64,000 nucleotides of DNA, from assembly GCA_002269645.1 (NCBI GenBank), contig NIVC01000093.1, positions 434,001 to 498,000 on the forward strand. The letters run 5' to 3'. Under the pieces are notes generated by a model. The model saw nothing but the letters and a program-made list of their open reading frames with translations, was not told where the DNA came from and made no database searches. This DNA is from Macrostomum lignano (lineage: Eukaryota). This document shows, piece after piece, positions 1-12,652 of the stretch (its first letter is position 1; each line of letters opens with the position of its first letter). The position numbers and the translations under genes were made by a program.

Positions 1-2536
1 CGGAAGCCGGGTGGGACCAGAGATTTCCCGGGTTTCCACCTGTTAAAAGTTGGTCATGCGAGTCACGCGACTTATATTCTCACTGCATCTGGTCACGTGA
101 CTTATTATCGCTGCATCTGGTCACGTGACTTATTCTCGCTGCATCTGGTCACGTGCCTTATATTATTGCTGCATCTGGTCACGTGACTTATATTATTGCT
201 GCATCTGGTTACGTGACATATTATCGCTGCATCTGGTCACGTGCTTATTATTGCTGCATCTGGTCACGTGCCTTATATTATCGCTGCATCTGGTCACGTG
301 ACTTATATTATCGCTGCATCTGGTCACGTGACTTATATTATCGCTGCATCTGGTCACGTGACTTATATTATCGCGGTATCTGGTCACGCGACTTATATTA
401 TCGCTGTATCAGGTCGCGTGACTTTGATTATCCACGTATATAGTCAGACGCAGGGACAACTAAAACACTCGTGGTCCCTGGTCCCTGGTCAGACGTGTAG
501 TCACATGATTTATAGACCGTCTAATTAAAGTGGTCACGTGATTTAATGCGATTCGGTCTGGCCGCATGAACGATTCGCACAGTTTTTTTAGAAATGAGGC
601 TGAGTTCAGTAAATGGTGGCTGAGCTGATGGCTGAGCTCAGTAAATGATGGCTGAGCCGATGGCTGAGCTGATGGTTGAGCTCAGTAAATGATGGCTGAG
701 CCAAGCTACTCACGAGAGCAGGGCAAGGTTAGCAAATAGCTTAGTTCAGGCATCTTTCTAAAAACAACAATCACAGGCTCTGTTAAAAACATTTTAGAAG
801 CCATAAAAAAGCTATAACCCGCTTGAGCAATTGTCTTTGCAGACAATTGATTCTGTTCGGTGTAATAAAAAGCTGAAAAATCTATAGGTTTTTGTAGGAT
901 TGGCTTATGTAGGAAAGTGGAACAAAGGACCTCAGAAAAAAGGAGTGCTTCCGGGATTAAATGAATAAAGCTTGACTAACAATAGAAAATATATTATTTT
1001 TCTCGCTATTAAACAGGCTTTAAACTACATCGCATATTGTCGCGAATTTTTGTTAACTTTTTTCAAACCTTTTTCCATACCTTCATAGCACTACTCGTAA
1101 ATGGGGTTTTGCCATAGACAAAATCGATTGAGAAAAATCCTATTCTTATTTTTAGCGACAAAAGTTGTGCAAAGTCTCATAGGTGCCTATGATAAAATAT
1201 GTACAGCGCTTATAATAAAAGATACAATCTTCTGACAGAATTGTTGAATATCTCAATGCTCACCTCGATATCTGAGATGGCGGACCCCAGGGCGCAGGAC
1301 CAGTTGACCAGCTGCTGAGAGCGATAGATCAGGCCCTGATTAAACAGCCTGACAAATGCCTCAGTTACAACCCGCGAGTGCTTCTAAAAAACAGTTCGGA
1401 TTTTAATAACACTTACTGCTCGAATTGCGTTACTTTCTACTACTGAGAGTAGAGTGATATGAGTAAATTATTAACTCGCCTCATTATAGGTGAAGAACTC
1501 TTCACTCCAGTCAACCGATAGGCCGAGTACTCGTATCTGCTGCCGGATTTCTGAGCGCTTTCTGTCCCGGGCAGATGAAGGTGAAAAAATCTACCTTGAG
1601 CATGAGTCAAAATTCGCTGCTTAATTTTATAATGCACCTTCTTTGTTCACAGAATTCTCGTTTCTATTCTCAGTCTCCATATATCCATCCTCAGAATCCC
1701 CATCTATATCCACAGAATCTCAAGTTCTGAAATCCACATCCCCGAACTAGAATCATCATACCCATTCTTAGAATCCTCATCCTTACCCCAGAGTCCAAAT
1801 CCCTACTCCAGATCCACATCCCTACCCCAGAATCCCCATCTTCGACCCCATAATACACATCCCTACCCCTAAATCCCCATACCTACCCCAGAATCCTCAT
1901 CCCTACCCCAAAATCACCATCTTCGACCCTAAAATCTCCATCTCTACCCCAAAATCCCCATCCCTACCCTAGAATCCCCATTTCGATCCGATAATCCCCA
2001 TCTTCGACCCCAAAATCCCCATCTCTACCCCAAAATCCCCATCCCTAGCCCAAAATCCCCATCCCTAGAATCCTAGAACCCTAGAAATCCCCATTTCGAC
2101 CCGATAATCCCCATCTTCGACCCGATAATCCCCATCTTCGACCCTAAAATCCCCATCCCTACCCCAAAATCTCCATTCCTACCCTAGAATCCCCATTTCG
2201 ACCCGATAATACGCATCCCCAGAAGCTTCAATGCCCATTCTAGAGTTCACCTCCCTACCGCAGCACTCACTGGTCCGCCCATTTGGCCGTCTCGTCCAGA
2301 AACTTCTCCCTGCCAATCTGGTGCCTATTCAGCCCCAGCTCTTTGATCAGCTTCTTCTCCATCAGCACCTGCGTAGCGATGCCGGCGTGATCAAAGCCGG
2401 GCAGCCAGACGGCTTGTCGGCCGTTGGCTCGATGCCAGCGAATCAGGACGTCCTGAATGACGAAGGCCAAGGCGTGGCCCATGTGCAGCACGCCGGTGAC
2501 ATTTGGCGGCGGCAGCATCAGGACAAACGGCCGGCT
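1..2536 (-). CDS. VARS: Valyl-tRNA synthetase, 5' exons; gene continues beyond the left edge, N-terminus unresolved
   Basis: Exons 2536-2271, 1561-1480, 1383-1264 and 39-1 join in frame: [116 protein letters not shown]. Class I HIGH motif (HMGH) and ValRS-typical blocks. Cytosolic versus mitochondrial paralog not resolved. Confidence 0.93.
59..430. repeat. ~30-bp minisatellite containing the palindrome GTCACGTGAC, in a ValRS intron
   Basis: Unit tcgctgcatctggtcacgtgacttatatta, about 12 copies. Confidence 0.95.
597..705. repeat. Short degenerate tandem repeat (ctgagctcagtaaatgatgg-based)
   Basis: About 3 imperfect copies visible. Confidence 0.75.
1690..2220. repeat. ~21-bp C-rich minisatellite in a ValRS intron
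   Basis: atccccatccctaccccagaa and atccccatcttcgaccc variants in tandem. Confidence 0.85.
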
Positions 2537-2707
2537 CTGTTGCGTCATTAGGCAGAAAGAGAAGGACTAGACTTAACTGCTTGGATACCCGTAGCTAAGT
2601 CAACTTTCTTATTGCATCCTTAAGGGAAAATTTTCCCCACCTGTTTCGAATGTATTCTAAGAAATGCCATCTGCAGTCAAGGGTGTTAACTATAAAAAGG
2701 TCGAACA

Positions 2708-2915
2708 GGTGCCAGCTACAGAGGGGGTGCCAGCTACAGAGGGAGCGCCAGCTACAGAGGGGGTGCCAGCTACAGAGGGAGCGCCAGCTACAGAGGGGGC
2801 GCCAGCTACAGAGGGGGCGCCAGCTACAGAAGGGGGCGCCAGCTACAGAGGGGGTGCCAGCTACAGAGGGGCGCCAGATACAGAAGGATTGCCAGCTGCA
2901 GGGGGCACCAGCTCA
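2708..2915. repeat. 18-bp minisatellite
   Basis: Unit gccagctacagagggg(g/a)(t/c); source of the PATEGA ORF. Confidence 0.9.
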
Positions 2916-3909
2916 AGGACCACTGTATATAGCTATATACAGCCAGCTACAACTGGTCCTTGCACCAGCTACAGAGGAGTTGTCATTTTTCGTGGCTGGT
3001 TTCAATATGGCAATGGCATTATTTAATAATCTAGTTTTGTACAGACACTATATTCAGATATGTTGAAAATGTACTTTTATTTTGCTTTTTGTGCTATAGT
3101 TTTCAATTCTTATTTGGTTTTCTAACAGCGCTTCTGCTTGCCTACTAACCAAAACCAGCTCTGCTTAACTTGCAGAGCTTGCCGCAAATGTTCTGATTCA
3201 CCTGACGTCTTCGTTATCTTTCCAGATAAATTCAACAGCTAGATAGAAAACTCGGCTGAGTAGAATAATAGCTGAGAGAATTTAGTTGCTGCAGTAATTA
3301 ACTTTGACTTTTTTCCTGTCACGTAATTTATGTCAAGTGGCTTGGCCCTAAGACACCTTGAAAGCATGCATAAATAGAATCATTCTATTCTATCGATATG
3401 TATATGACTGCCTGTCACTTACACCTCTCTGGCACTGACTCACAAGACCAATTAGTGTCGTTTTTGCTTCCAATTATGAAATGCGTTTAATTTGTTACTC
3501 GGCCGTGGCGATCTTAGACTAGAAGACTTAATCACTAATTTTCATGCAAGTTAGTAATTCAGTTTACACAGTTTATTATTTACTCAGGACATGCTCGCCC
3601 AAACCCGGACCTTTCAACGTGTTTTCAGACCCGACCAAGAATCTCTGCTAGCTTTTGTCCGCTACCTTAAAGGGCTATCGGGCGAGCGACCATCCACCTC
3701 CTGGACTTTATGGAAGGGAGACCGCGCTGCGGACATCGGCACTACCAGATCTCGGAGGCGTCAACGCCTCCCCACTGTATCCAGATGCCCCGAATCCCCT
3801 GCAGCTGGAGTCAAGTCAAGTAATTTCAGCTTACACAGAACACATGAACGAGTCCTGCTTGCCTATACACGCTATATGAATTTTTTTTTATTATTTAAGC
3901 ACTTTTCGA

Positions 3910-4180
3910 GGGGTTGCAGCATAGTGATTACAGCGTCGGATTCAGTCGGGGGTTCGATTCTCGACTCAATTTAACCTTTGAGCAAGACACTTAACTCTGC
4001 ATTTCTTTAGTACACCCAGCTGTAAAATGGGTACCAGCATTGATGGTATGTGTGTGGCGACCCCCCAGCCCTTGGACGCAGCCTTCAGATGCGCAACGCA
4101 ATAGCTGCGGCTGAGCTGTCGGTTGCATATCTGCTCATTAGGGCAGGTGTAGTCAATTATTATTAGTATTATTATTATTA
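3910..4180 (+). mobile_element. tRNA-derived SINE with MIR/CORE-like central domain, copy 1
   Basis: A-box-like tagtgattacagc, B-box ggttcgattc, core ctttgagcaagacacttaactctg..cagctgtaaaatggg, (att)n tail; homologous to 54153-54452. Confidence 0.85.
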
Positions 4181-4834
4181 CCATAAGGACAATGACTCAT
4201 AAATCTAACCATTAGTGCTTTTTCGTTAGCAACACAGCATAGCTTCAGTCTTGGCAACAAATTGTATGCAACGTCAGCAAATCTTTTAAAGTTTTAAGCT
4301 TGAAAGAATGTTTCTCTTATCGACCTCTAGCCCATTTCTAAGAAAGTCTTGAGAAAATCGAGAAAATCTCAAGTCGTAGCATATAACCGCTGAGCCGAGA
4401 TTCCAATTTAGCCCCAAATTGACGAGACTGCACTTGGAATCGAGCCTGGGCGAGTTTGGGAAATAAATAGACCTTAAAGTCTATTTAAGGTCTATTTAAA
4501 TAAATAAAGCAGGACAAAACAAAGTAATGTAGTTTCGTAATTTGAGAGACATTTTTATTGTACAAAACAAAAATTACATTTTAAGCGCGATCGTAAATTG
4601 AGTGAAAGACAAAAATTAATCAATTCAAAGAGTCGAAACGTAAAATTTACTATTGTTGTTATGCATATAGCAATAGTAATAATGAAATTTGAAATATTTA
4701 CAACGGAACATATTGACAATAGTTATGCAAAGGATACATAATACATTGCTAAGGCTTTATTGTAATATATTCAACAAGCATACGTCATCTATAAGCTTTG
4801 GCAAATAAAAAGTGCCAGGTGAATACTGACATCT

Positions 4835-5400
4835 ATATCTCATCCCTATTTACTCTCGGTCTCTATCCTATCTACTCTCGGTCTCTATCCCTATCTACTC
4901 TTGTCTCTAACCTTTTCTACGCTTGGAGTCTCTATCCATATCTACTCTTGGTCTCTATCCCTATCTACTCTCGGTCTCTATCCTTATCTACTCTTGGGCT
5001 CTATCCCTATCTACTCTCGGTCTCTATCCCTATCTACTCTCGGTCTCTATCCCTATCTACTCTCGGTCTCTATCCCTATCTACTCTCGGTCTCTATCCCT
5101 ATCTACTCTTGGAGTCTATCCTTATCTACTCTTGGGCTCTATCCCTATCTACTCTCGGTCTCTATCCCTATCTACTCTCGGTCTCTATCCCTATCTACTC
5201 TTAGTCTCTATCCTTATCTACTCTCGGTCTCTATCCCTATCTACTCTTGGAGTCTATCCTTATCTACTCTTGGGCTCTATCCCTATCTACTCTCGGTCTC
5301 TATCCCTATCTACTCTCGGTCTCTATCCCTATCTACTCTTAGTCTCTATCCTTATCTACTCTTGGGCTCTATCCCTATCTACTCTCAATCTCTATCCCCA
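4835..5400. repeat. 23-bp minisatellite between DENND2 and ValRS
   Basis: Unit tatctactctcggtctctatccc, about 24 copies. Confidence 0.95.
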
Positions 5401-5566
5401 TCCATTGAGACAAAGCAGCAAAACTAACCAAGCCAAGTAATTGAAAGGCAAAATAGCATACAATTAAGATAACAATAATATTGACTAGTAAAACTTCAAT
5501 CTAAATTTACGTTTTTTAATCAAACGTCAATAGATATGTACATGAGTTTACACACATGACTACATC

Positions 5567-6741
5567 TCACCACCTCGGCGGCAGAGCCGGCTTGCTGTCG
5601 GCACCGCCAGCTCCGACAAGTGACAGAGCCGACGCTTTAGTCGGATAAGAACTACTAAGGGTGCCAGTGGACTTACCAATATTATCCGCCCGACTTCCGC
5701 TGGCGCCACTTCCGGTGAATAGCTTTTTCATCTTGCTGAGAAAACCGCCGCTCCCTCCGCCCCCGCCTCCGCCCCCGCCGCCCCCACCTCCGTGACGATC
5801 GATTTCGTCGCGAAAGGTCACCACAGCCGAGTCGAAATCCTTCAACACGGTGGACACAGTGAGTTTATTAGCCTCGTAGGCGCTACCGTCAAGTACATCG
5901 CTAATGAACACGTGGAAATTGCCAGTCGCCGTCAGCACTTTCAACAGAGCCCGCAGGCCTTTAGACCGAGGCGCCGAGCAAAATGAATCGCGATCGAATC
6001 GACGAGAACCGCCAATCTCGGCGAAGACGTGCTCGGCGTAGTGACCGATAGCGACTACAAAGAAGCGTAGGAACGTCTCAACGATCAGCAGCTCGCTGAC
6101 GCGAAGTTGACCGCAGCCGGCCGTCCGACCGGCGGTTGCTGTACGCGACTCCAACTGACGGTTGCCGTCCAGACTGCGAAACAGCGCCCGCTGCAGCTTC
6201 TTGGACAGCAGCTTCTTCTCGTCGCCTTTCTGTCGGAGAGCCCGGCCCTCGTCCAGGTTCACAATCAGCACGTCATCGTCTAGATCGTCCTGCAGCACCG
6301 TTGGCAGGTGAGCGGCAAGAACGCCGACAATGTAGGGAGTTGGGGAGCAGACTATCCTGAGCATGGCAGCGGGCACTATGGGGACCAAGGTGTGCTGCCA
6401 GCGCAGCGGGTACAGCAGCGCGGCCAGGGCCTGGGTGCACTGGCTCAGTCTGCGAGGGTTGGCGCTGGACAGCACGATTTTGCGCTCGTGCAGCACAGCG
6501 CCAAATAATAACAGGCTGTTCTGTACGCCAGGAAAGGTCAGCAGCTCCGAGTAGGACACGTGCTGGAGGCGACCGCTAGCCGGGCGGTGGAACCGGCAGC
6601 TGACTACCAGACCGCCTCGGCTGGAGTCCGTGGTGGTGAGGTCGAACCAGCTGCCAGCGTTGGGCAGCGGCCGGTTGTATACGGATACTGGAATGGGGAT
6701 AGATAAATTAAGATAGATAGATTATAGATAGATAGATAGAT

Positions 6742-6779
<38 letters not shown>

Positions 6780-6821
6780 CAGATAGATAGACAGATAGAT
6801 AGATAGATAGATAGATAGATG

Positions 6822-6860
<39 letters not shown>

Positions 6861-6868
6861 GGATAGAC

Positions 6869-6914
<46 letters not shown>

Positions 6915-6915
6915 T

Positions 6916-7007
<92 letters not shown>

Positions 7008-7012
7008 GGATG

Positions 7013-7043
<31 letters not shown>

Positions 7044-7096
7044 TATAGATGATAGATAGATAGATAGATAGATGGATAGATAGATGATAGATAGAT

Positions 7097-7127
<31 letters not shown>

Positions 7128-7128
7128 G

Positions 7129-7175
<47 letters not shown>

Positions 7176-7294
7176 GGATAGATAGATGGATAGATAGATA
7201 GATGGATCGATAGATAGATAGATAGATGGATAGATAGATGGATAGATAGATAGATGGATAGATAGATAGATAGATGATAGATAGATAGATAGAT

Positions 7295-7325
<31 letters not shown>

Positions 7326-8551
7326 GGATAGATAGATAGATAGATAGATAGATAAACTCACCCATGAACTGCTCAACCTCCAGCAGGCCCTGATCCGGAG
7401 ACCTCGCATTCAGCCGCTTCCTAAAGGCCTCAAACAGGATTTGATAATAGAGCTGCTCGGACTCCACCACGGCCACAATGCACAGGGCTTCCAGGATCGG
7501 AGCTTTCACTCGGCCAGTTTCAGCAGCCGCCTGCGGCACCAACTTTCGCATACAGTAACCATAGTAACGCTCGCCGCGCTCCTTAGTGATGACGAAGCTG
7601 AATTTTTCGCAATCCTGCAGATAGGAGCGCAGCTGCTCACGCTGGCCGGCTCGGCTAAGCAGGCTGTTTGAGTCTGGGAAGCAGAAGCTGGGCAGGGCGT
7701 AGCTGAAGTCCCGGCTGGCGAAGGATGATGGATGACAGAAGCTGGTGGCCGGCACTGCCGCTTCTGCGCGTTGTTTGTTGAAGTTTAAATTGAATATTAA
7801 CCCACCTATAGTACTGTGAGAGTCTCACCTATAGTAGGATAATTTTAGTATATAGGATAATCCCAACCATGAGAATCTCACCTATAGTAGGATAATCTCA
7901 ACTGTGAGAATCTCATCTATATTAGGATATAATTTCAATTGTGAGAATCTCACCTATAGTGGGATAATCTCAACTGTGAGAATCTCACCGATAGCAGGAT
8001 AATCTCAACTGTGAGATTCTCACCCAAAGTAGGATAATCTCAACTGAGAATCTCATCTATAGTGGGATAATCTCAACTGTGAGAATCTCACCTATAGTAG
8101 GGTAATCTCAACTTTGATAATCTCACCTGTAGTAGGATAATCTCAACTCTGAGAATCTCACCTACAGTAGGACAATCTCAACTGTGAGATTCTCACTCAT
8201 AGTAGGATAGCTTATGTCTAAGAAGCCTAAGAAGCTCATGTCTAAAGAATTTGTCAGCTAAGGAAGCCGAAACAACTCGAGCCTCACCCCCTGCGGCCAG
8301 GTTCAGCCTGATTAAACAGCAGCCGGCGAACAGCTGATCGTGCCGCATCCGCTTCGCCGTCAGCCCGTCCTGCAGCATCGCCTCGTTCCGCTGCCGGATC
8401 AGCTCGGCCCGCTTGATGCGATCCGCAACCTCCTCGCTGACGTTGCTCCGGCTTCCGTCATCATCGTCGCTTCCGCCGCCAAAGCCGCCAAAGCCGGCGT
8501 CGGCAGAAGACGCGATGGCAGCGTCGGCGAGTCGATGACGACTACTCAACC

Positions 8552-8589
<38 letters not shown>

Positions 8590-9785
8590 ACAATGCCAAC
8601 GGCGGAGAGCTTTCTGAAGGCGCTAAAAGATTCCGCGACTCTGTCGAGCACCAACGATCGCCAGACCTCCTGGGTGCGCGCCGTGGCGGCAGCCGCCGCT
8701 GCGCCGGAAGCTAGCGGTGCCGACGTGCCCGAAGATGAAGCGGAGGCGGAGCGGTCGGGACGGATTGTTACCGTGGCGTACTCGGACTCGGCTGAGGAGG
8801 ACGCGGCGGCAGGGCCAGCGGCTCCAACCACCGGAGAAGAGAACGGAGCCGAGATGATGTCCTCAACGGAGGCGGTGCGTCGCATGCCGAAGCCGCCGCC
8901 GCCTGCGATGTCGTAGACATTCTCCGCCTCAGCCGCCGTGCCCGGTCGATGACGAAGAGTCTGCGACGACGACGGCGGCGGCAGCGGCGTATGCGGCAGC
9001 TGCCGATGTCGCAGCGGCCGGAGGTCCTCGTAGATGCTGGTTTCATTGGCGACAGGCGTTGCCGCAACCGGCGAAGCGGTAGGAGGAGCGGCGGCAACGG
9101 CAGGAGCCGGAGACGCGGTCGTCACGGTCAGGGTGGCGGCGTGCTGATGATGTCTCGGCGACAGCGGCAAAAGAGCCTCGCCAGACACCACCTGGCTGCG
9201 CGATTCGAAGGCCCGGATTCTCTGCTGCACTGAGCCGCCGCCGCTGCCGCTGCCACTACCAGCCACGCCGTACAATGTCACCATTGGTGGCGGCGTCGGT
9301 CGCAGCTTCACTGAGTCGTCAGTGTCGTCTTTGACATCGTCGCCGACAGCATGATCATCCTCGGCGCCGGCCTCCTCGTTGATAACCGACGCTCGAGACT
9401 GTTTGACCGTGGCGTTGCTTCGCCGGAGCAGCTGGTGCGCTCCGACTGGCGTCGGGCGGAGATTCTCCTCGCTGCGCCAGCGGCTGGCACCGAGGCCGCC
9501 ACCAGTCTCGGCGTTGCTCGTCGGTCTAGCGTCGAACGCCTGGGTAAGCCGGGCGACGCGTCTTGCGCCCTGCAACTGCCTGACGCTGGCTCTAGTCGGC
9601 TTGGGCTGTAGTAAACTTTCGGCGAATGCTTTCACTCGATCGGACTTCTCCGGCTTAGGCGGAGGCGGCGGCTGCGTCGACGGAGACGAAGTGTCGGCTA
9701 GAAGCTGCTGCGACAGTCTGCGCTGCCTCTCTGCTACAAAACCGCCAGTGACGCAGCGGCCGCTGTTGAAACTATTCGTCATCAT
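5567..9785 (-). CDS. DENND2: DENN-domain Rab GEF, DENND2/ST5-like, ~1006 aa
   Basis: Exons 9785-8288, 7763-7362 and 6687-5567 with GT-AG junctions (both phase 1) join in frame. u[33 protein letters not shown]; DENN core [35 protein letters not shown]; d[18 protein letters not shown]. The long low-complexity N-terminus is typical of this family. Confidence 0.9.
6698..7355. repeat. (GATA)n array filling DENND2 intron 2
   Basis: Direct reading; abuts the donor at 7361 and the acceptor at 6688. Confidence 0.98.
7800..8200. repeat. ~36-bp minisatellite in DENND2 intron 1
   Basis: Unit gagaatctcacctatagtaggataatctcaactgt, about 10 copies. Confidence 0.9.
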
Positions 9786-11570
9786 GTGTGCGTCGATAGT
9801 CTAGTAGTAATTTGTTGCCTTCTAGAAACAGATTTTCTCTTTAGAGAGCCTTCCAGGCGGGCGCAAGCAAAACAGAAAAAGTCAGTAAGCCCGTTATTGC
9901 TGTCGATTGTTGCTTTCAAATTTACTCTGTACACAGATCCGATTACTAATTCAGCGTTTCCGCCTGACCACACGCGCGGCGGGGTGGCTTTGCTAAACTA
10001 TTTAACAGCTATGACTAGCCCTAGCCTGCATCTGGCTCGCCACTTAAGGCTAAATTTTCAGCTGCCGGTAGGTAAAGGCCGGTTAGGCATGCGCAAGCAA
10101 GGTAAGAGAAGTTTCTTTTCTCTATTTCACCCCAACAGCCAGAAGACGCGCCAATGTACGTTTGTTCGTACACGATAGATTTCACGTGTGCGTGCACATT
10201 AAGCGACAGACTCGGACAGCAAAAGAGTTGTGCAGGCTGTTGGCTGCATGAAATTACACAAGGCCAAAGAGTTTTAGCACTTCTTCCTCCTATAGAAATT
10301 TATTCCAACAGGGGCTGCCAGTGCAAGAGAGTTAAAAGACGGAACACAAAAACAGTCATGTTATTAAAGTGGCAGTGGTTATGAACCATACACGAAATTT
10401 TCTAGTGTCTTATCGTCCAAAATCTTTGTGTCTTAGAGTTTTACGAAAGAGTCTTGTTGGCTTTGACCTTGTAACAGTCCCTATTGTTAGTGTCTTAAGG
10501 AAACTGATGCTTAAAAGCAAAAGAACAGCGGCCTTGAAGATATCAGCATCCCATCTGAGCTTCCTTTTTTAAGCCATAACTTAACCCTAACTCTCCCTTT
10601 GATCTAGCTTTGCCTTGGCCAACCAACAACTTCAAATTGACCCTTTGGTATCTCAGCAACCCAGCAATGCTATGAGTCACAGCCTTTCAGCAATCCACTA
10701 ATGAATTTTTACATTTTAGCAATTCCCCCTTAGTAATTCTCGATTAAGTATTCTGTTTGAGAGGTCGATTATTTTACGATTTAATCCTAACCTTAACAAC
10801 CCTAAACCATAACTCTAATAACCCCACTAAAAGTCACATCATTTCAACCATTTCATTTCATTTCAACCATGGGCCACAGAATCTCAGATATTCCCCCCAT
10901 TAGCTCTGACAACTCGGAAGCTCAACCCTAATGATCTTTGACATCTGAGCAATTCCCCTGGAGTATTTTAGGGTCAACAGGGTCATGCTTCTTTGACATG
11001 ACACTGCTTTTATGTTTAACACGACGCTTCTTTTTACTCGTGTGGTCGAAATGATGCTTCTTTTATCGTTGACGTGATGATTCTTTTCTTATTTTTTTTT
11101 ATTTTGTCAAGTTAAAAATGTACACCTTCAAAATTTTCAATGAATTTAACAGTCTAAAGTTCTGCTTGATCTTTGCAGAAAGAATGTTTTCCAAATATTT
11201 GATCTTTTAAGCATTTCTTAGCTACGACATACCCTCACGGGAAAATTTCCGATCGAACGGTGCAACTTTATGAAAATCGGTTGAGCCGTTTTGGTTGAGC
11301 AGTAAATGATTTGAAGTTAATTTAAAAGAAAATAGATTAAATTTATTTCATCTGCGAAATGAAAGTTTCCAATAGAAAAGAACTTGAAAAACTTTCAAAT
11401 ATAAAAGTTTAAGTGACTGTAATTCTTTGGATCAATTTCTACCTGGCAGTATCAACGTGGAATTTCGCCATGCGGCACAATTTTTTAAAGAATTTACATT
11501 CGAACTTCATAAAGAAAGGCTGCCTACGAAAAATTGACGTAAAACAAATTCTCGAAGCAAAAACGCAATC

Positions 11571-12066
11571 ATGCTGTTTTCAACTCTCGCTCCAATCCTT
11601 CTCGCTGCGGTTTCCAAGCGTCTGCGGAGGTGAGCCTCTATATTCTGGATTATTAAGGTTTTTTTATTCTATGCGTATTTGCATTACAAAACTATACCGG
11701 GTTTTCCCCTACTTCCAGCCGAATTCGGTGAGTGCCTACTCGTCATTTCAATGCACAATTGATGTCTATTGTAGACCAACTACTTAGGTGAAGTACTCGT
11801 AGATTAGTTTAGCTTTGGCTTGGTTCATCGACTTGATGTTTGAATTCTGAGTAATTTAATCTTCTCCACGCCTTTGCGGCAGCGCCTCACTTTCATAATG
11901 TTTCCCGTCCTTTCGCATTTACAGTGCCAGTTAGTGCTGTCTTTCCAGTAGTGCCGGGTAAGTATGTGGCTGCTTTTACGAAATACGAGTATATTTGTCT
12001 GGGAAAGACAGACAGATAGATAAATAGAGATAGGTATATAAATTATAGATAGATAGATAAATAGAC

Positions 12067-12149
<83 letters not shown>

Positions 12150-12161
12150 AGATAAATAGAG

Positions 12162-12198
<37 letters not shown>

Positions 12199-12562
12199 CG
12201 ATAGATAGATAGATAGATAGACAGATAGATCACAAAATCGCACTTCTGCCCTTCTTTCAGCGCCATCAAAAGGATGCTATTATTGGAGCACTATTAGCCC
12301 CGTGCTACATACAGAAATGATGGAATTATCCAGTTCAACAATCATGAACCAAAACACGTGTGCTACAGCGTGCATGAGTGAGTCATTCAAATATTTTGGT
12401 CTAGCAGACGGTGACCGATGCTTCTGCGGCAATGAGATAGATGGACCCCCAGTGTCTAAAAGATTGCGTAACAAGCAATGCAAGAATTATCTGCATGGAC
12501 GAAATTGCGGCGGCCGCGTGGCAATGGAAGTATTCGATTTAATAATTACTACGAGGACCTAA
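11571..12562 (+). CDS. Small, probably secreted WSC-domain protein with micro-exons
   Basis: Terminal exon 12261-12562 (ttctttcag acceptor) encodes PSKGCYYW..MNQNTCATACMSESFKYFGLADGDRCFCGN..C..CGGRVAMEVF, a WSC cysteine pattern. Candidate upstream exons are 11571-11629, 11719-11727, 11775-11787 and 11949-11957. The domain call is solid; the 5' structure is tentative. Confidence 0.7.
12005..12230. repeat. (GATA)n array in the last intron of the WSC gene
   Basis: Direct reading. Confidence 0.97.
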
Positions 12563-12652
12563 ACCGAATAGCAACTGACTAAATTGGACTTGACCGAAAA
12601 TGTTAATCCCATATCTAACAGCCAAATACAAAAAGTTCAAACGCTCAAAAGT

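Noticed and set aside
3200-3275. Possible upstream ValRS exon (..EFIWKDNEDV, donor gtgaat)
   Set aside because: It ends in phase 2 and would need a non-standard GAG acceptor; not supportable.
3591-3860. GC-rich island with ORFs upstream of ValRS
   Set aside because: No recognisable motif in six frames and no phase-compatible splice link to ValRS; left unassigned.
5745-8590. Poly-Gly/Ala (GCC)n tracts in DENND2 as a special feature
   Set aside because: In-frame low-complexity tracts are common throughout this genome's GC-rich exons.
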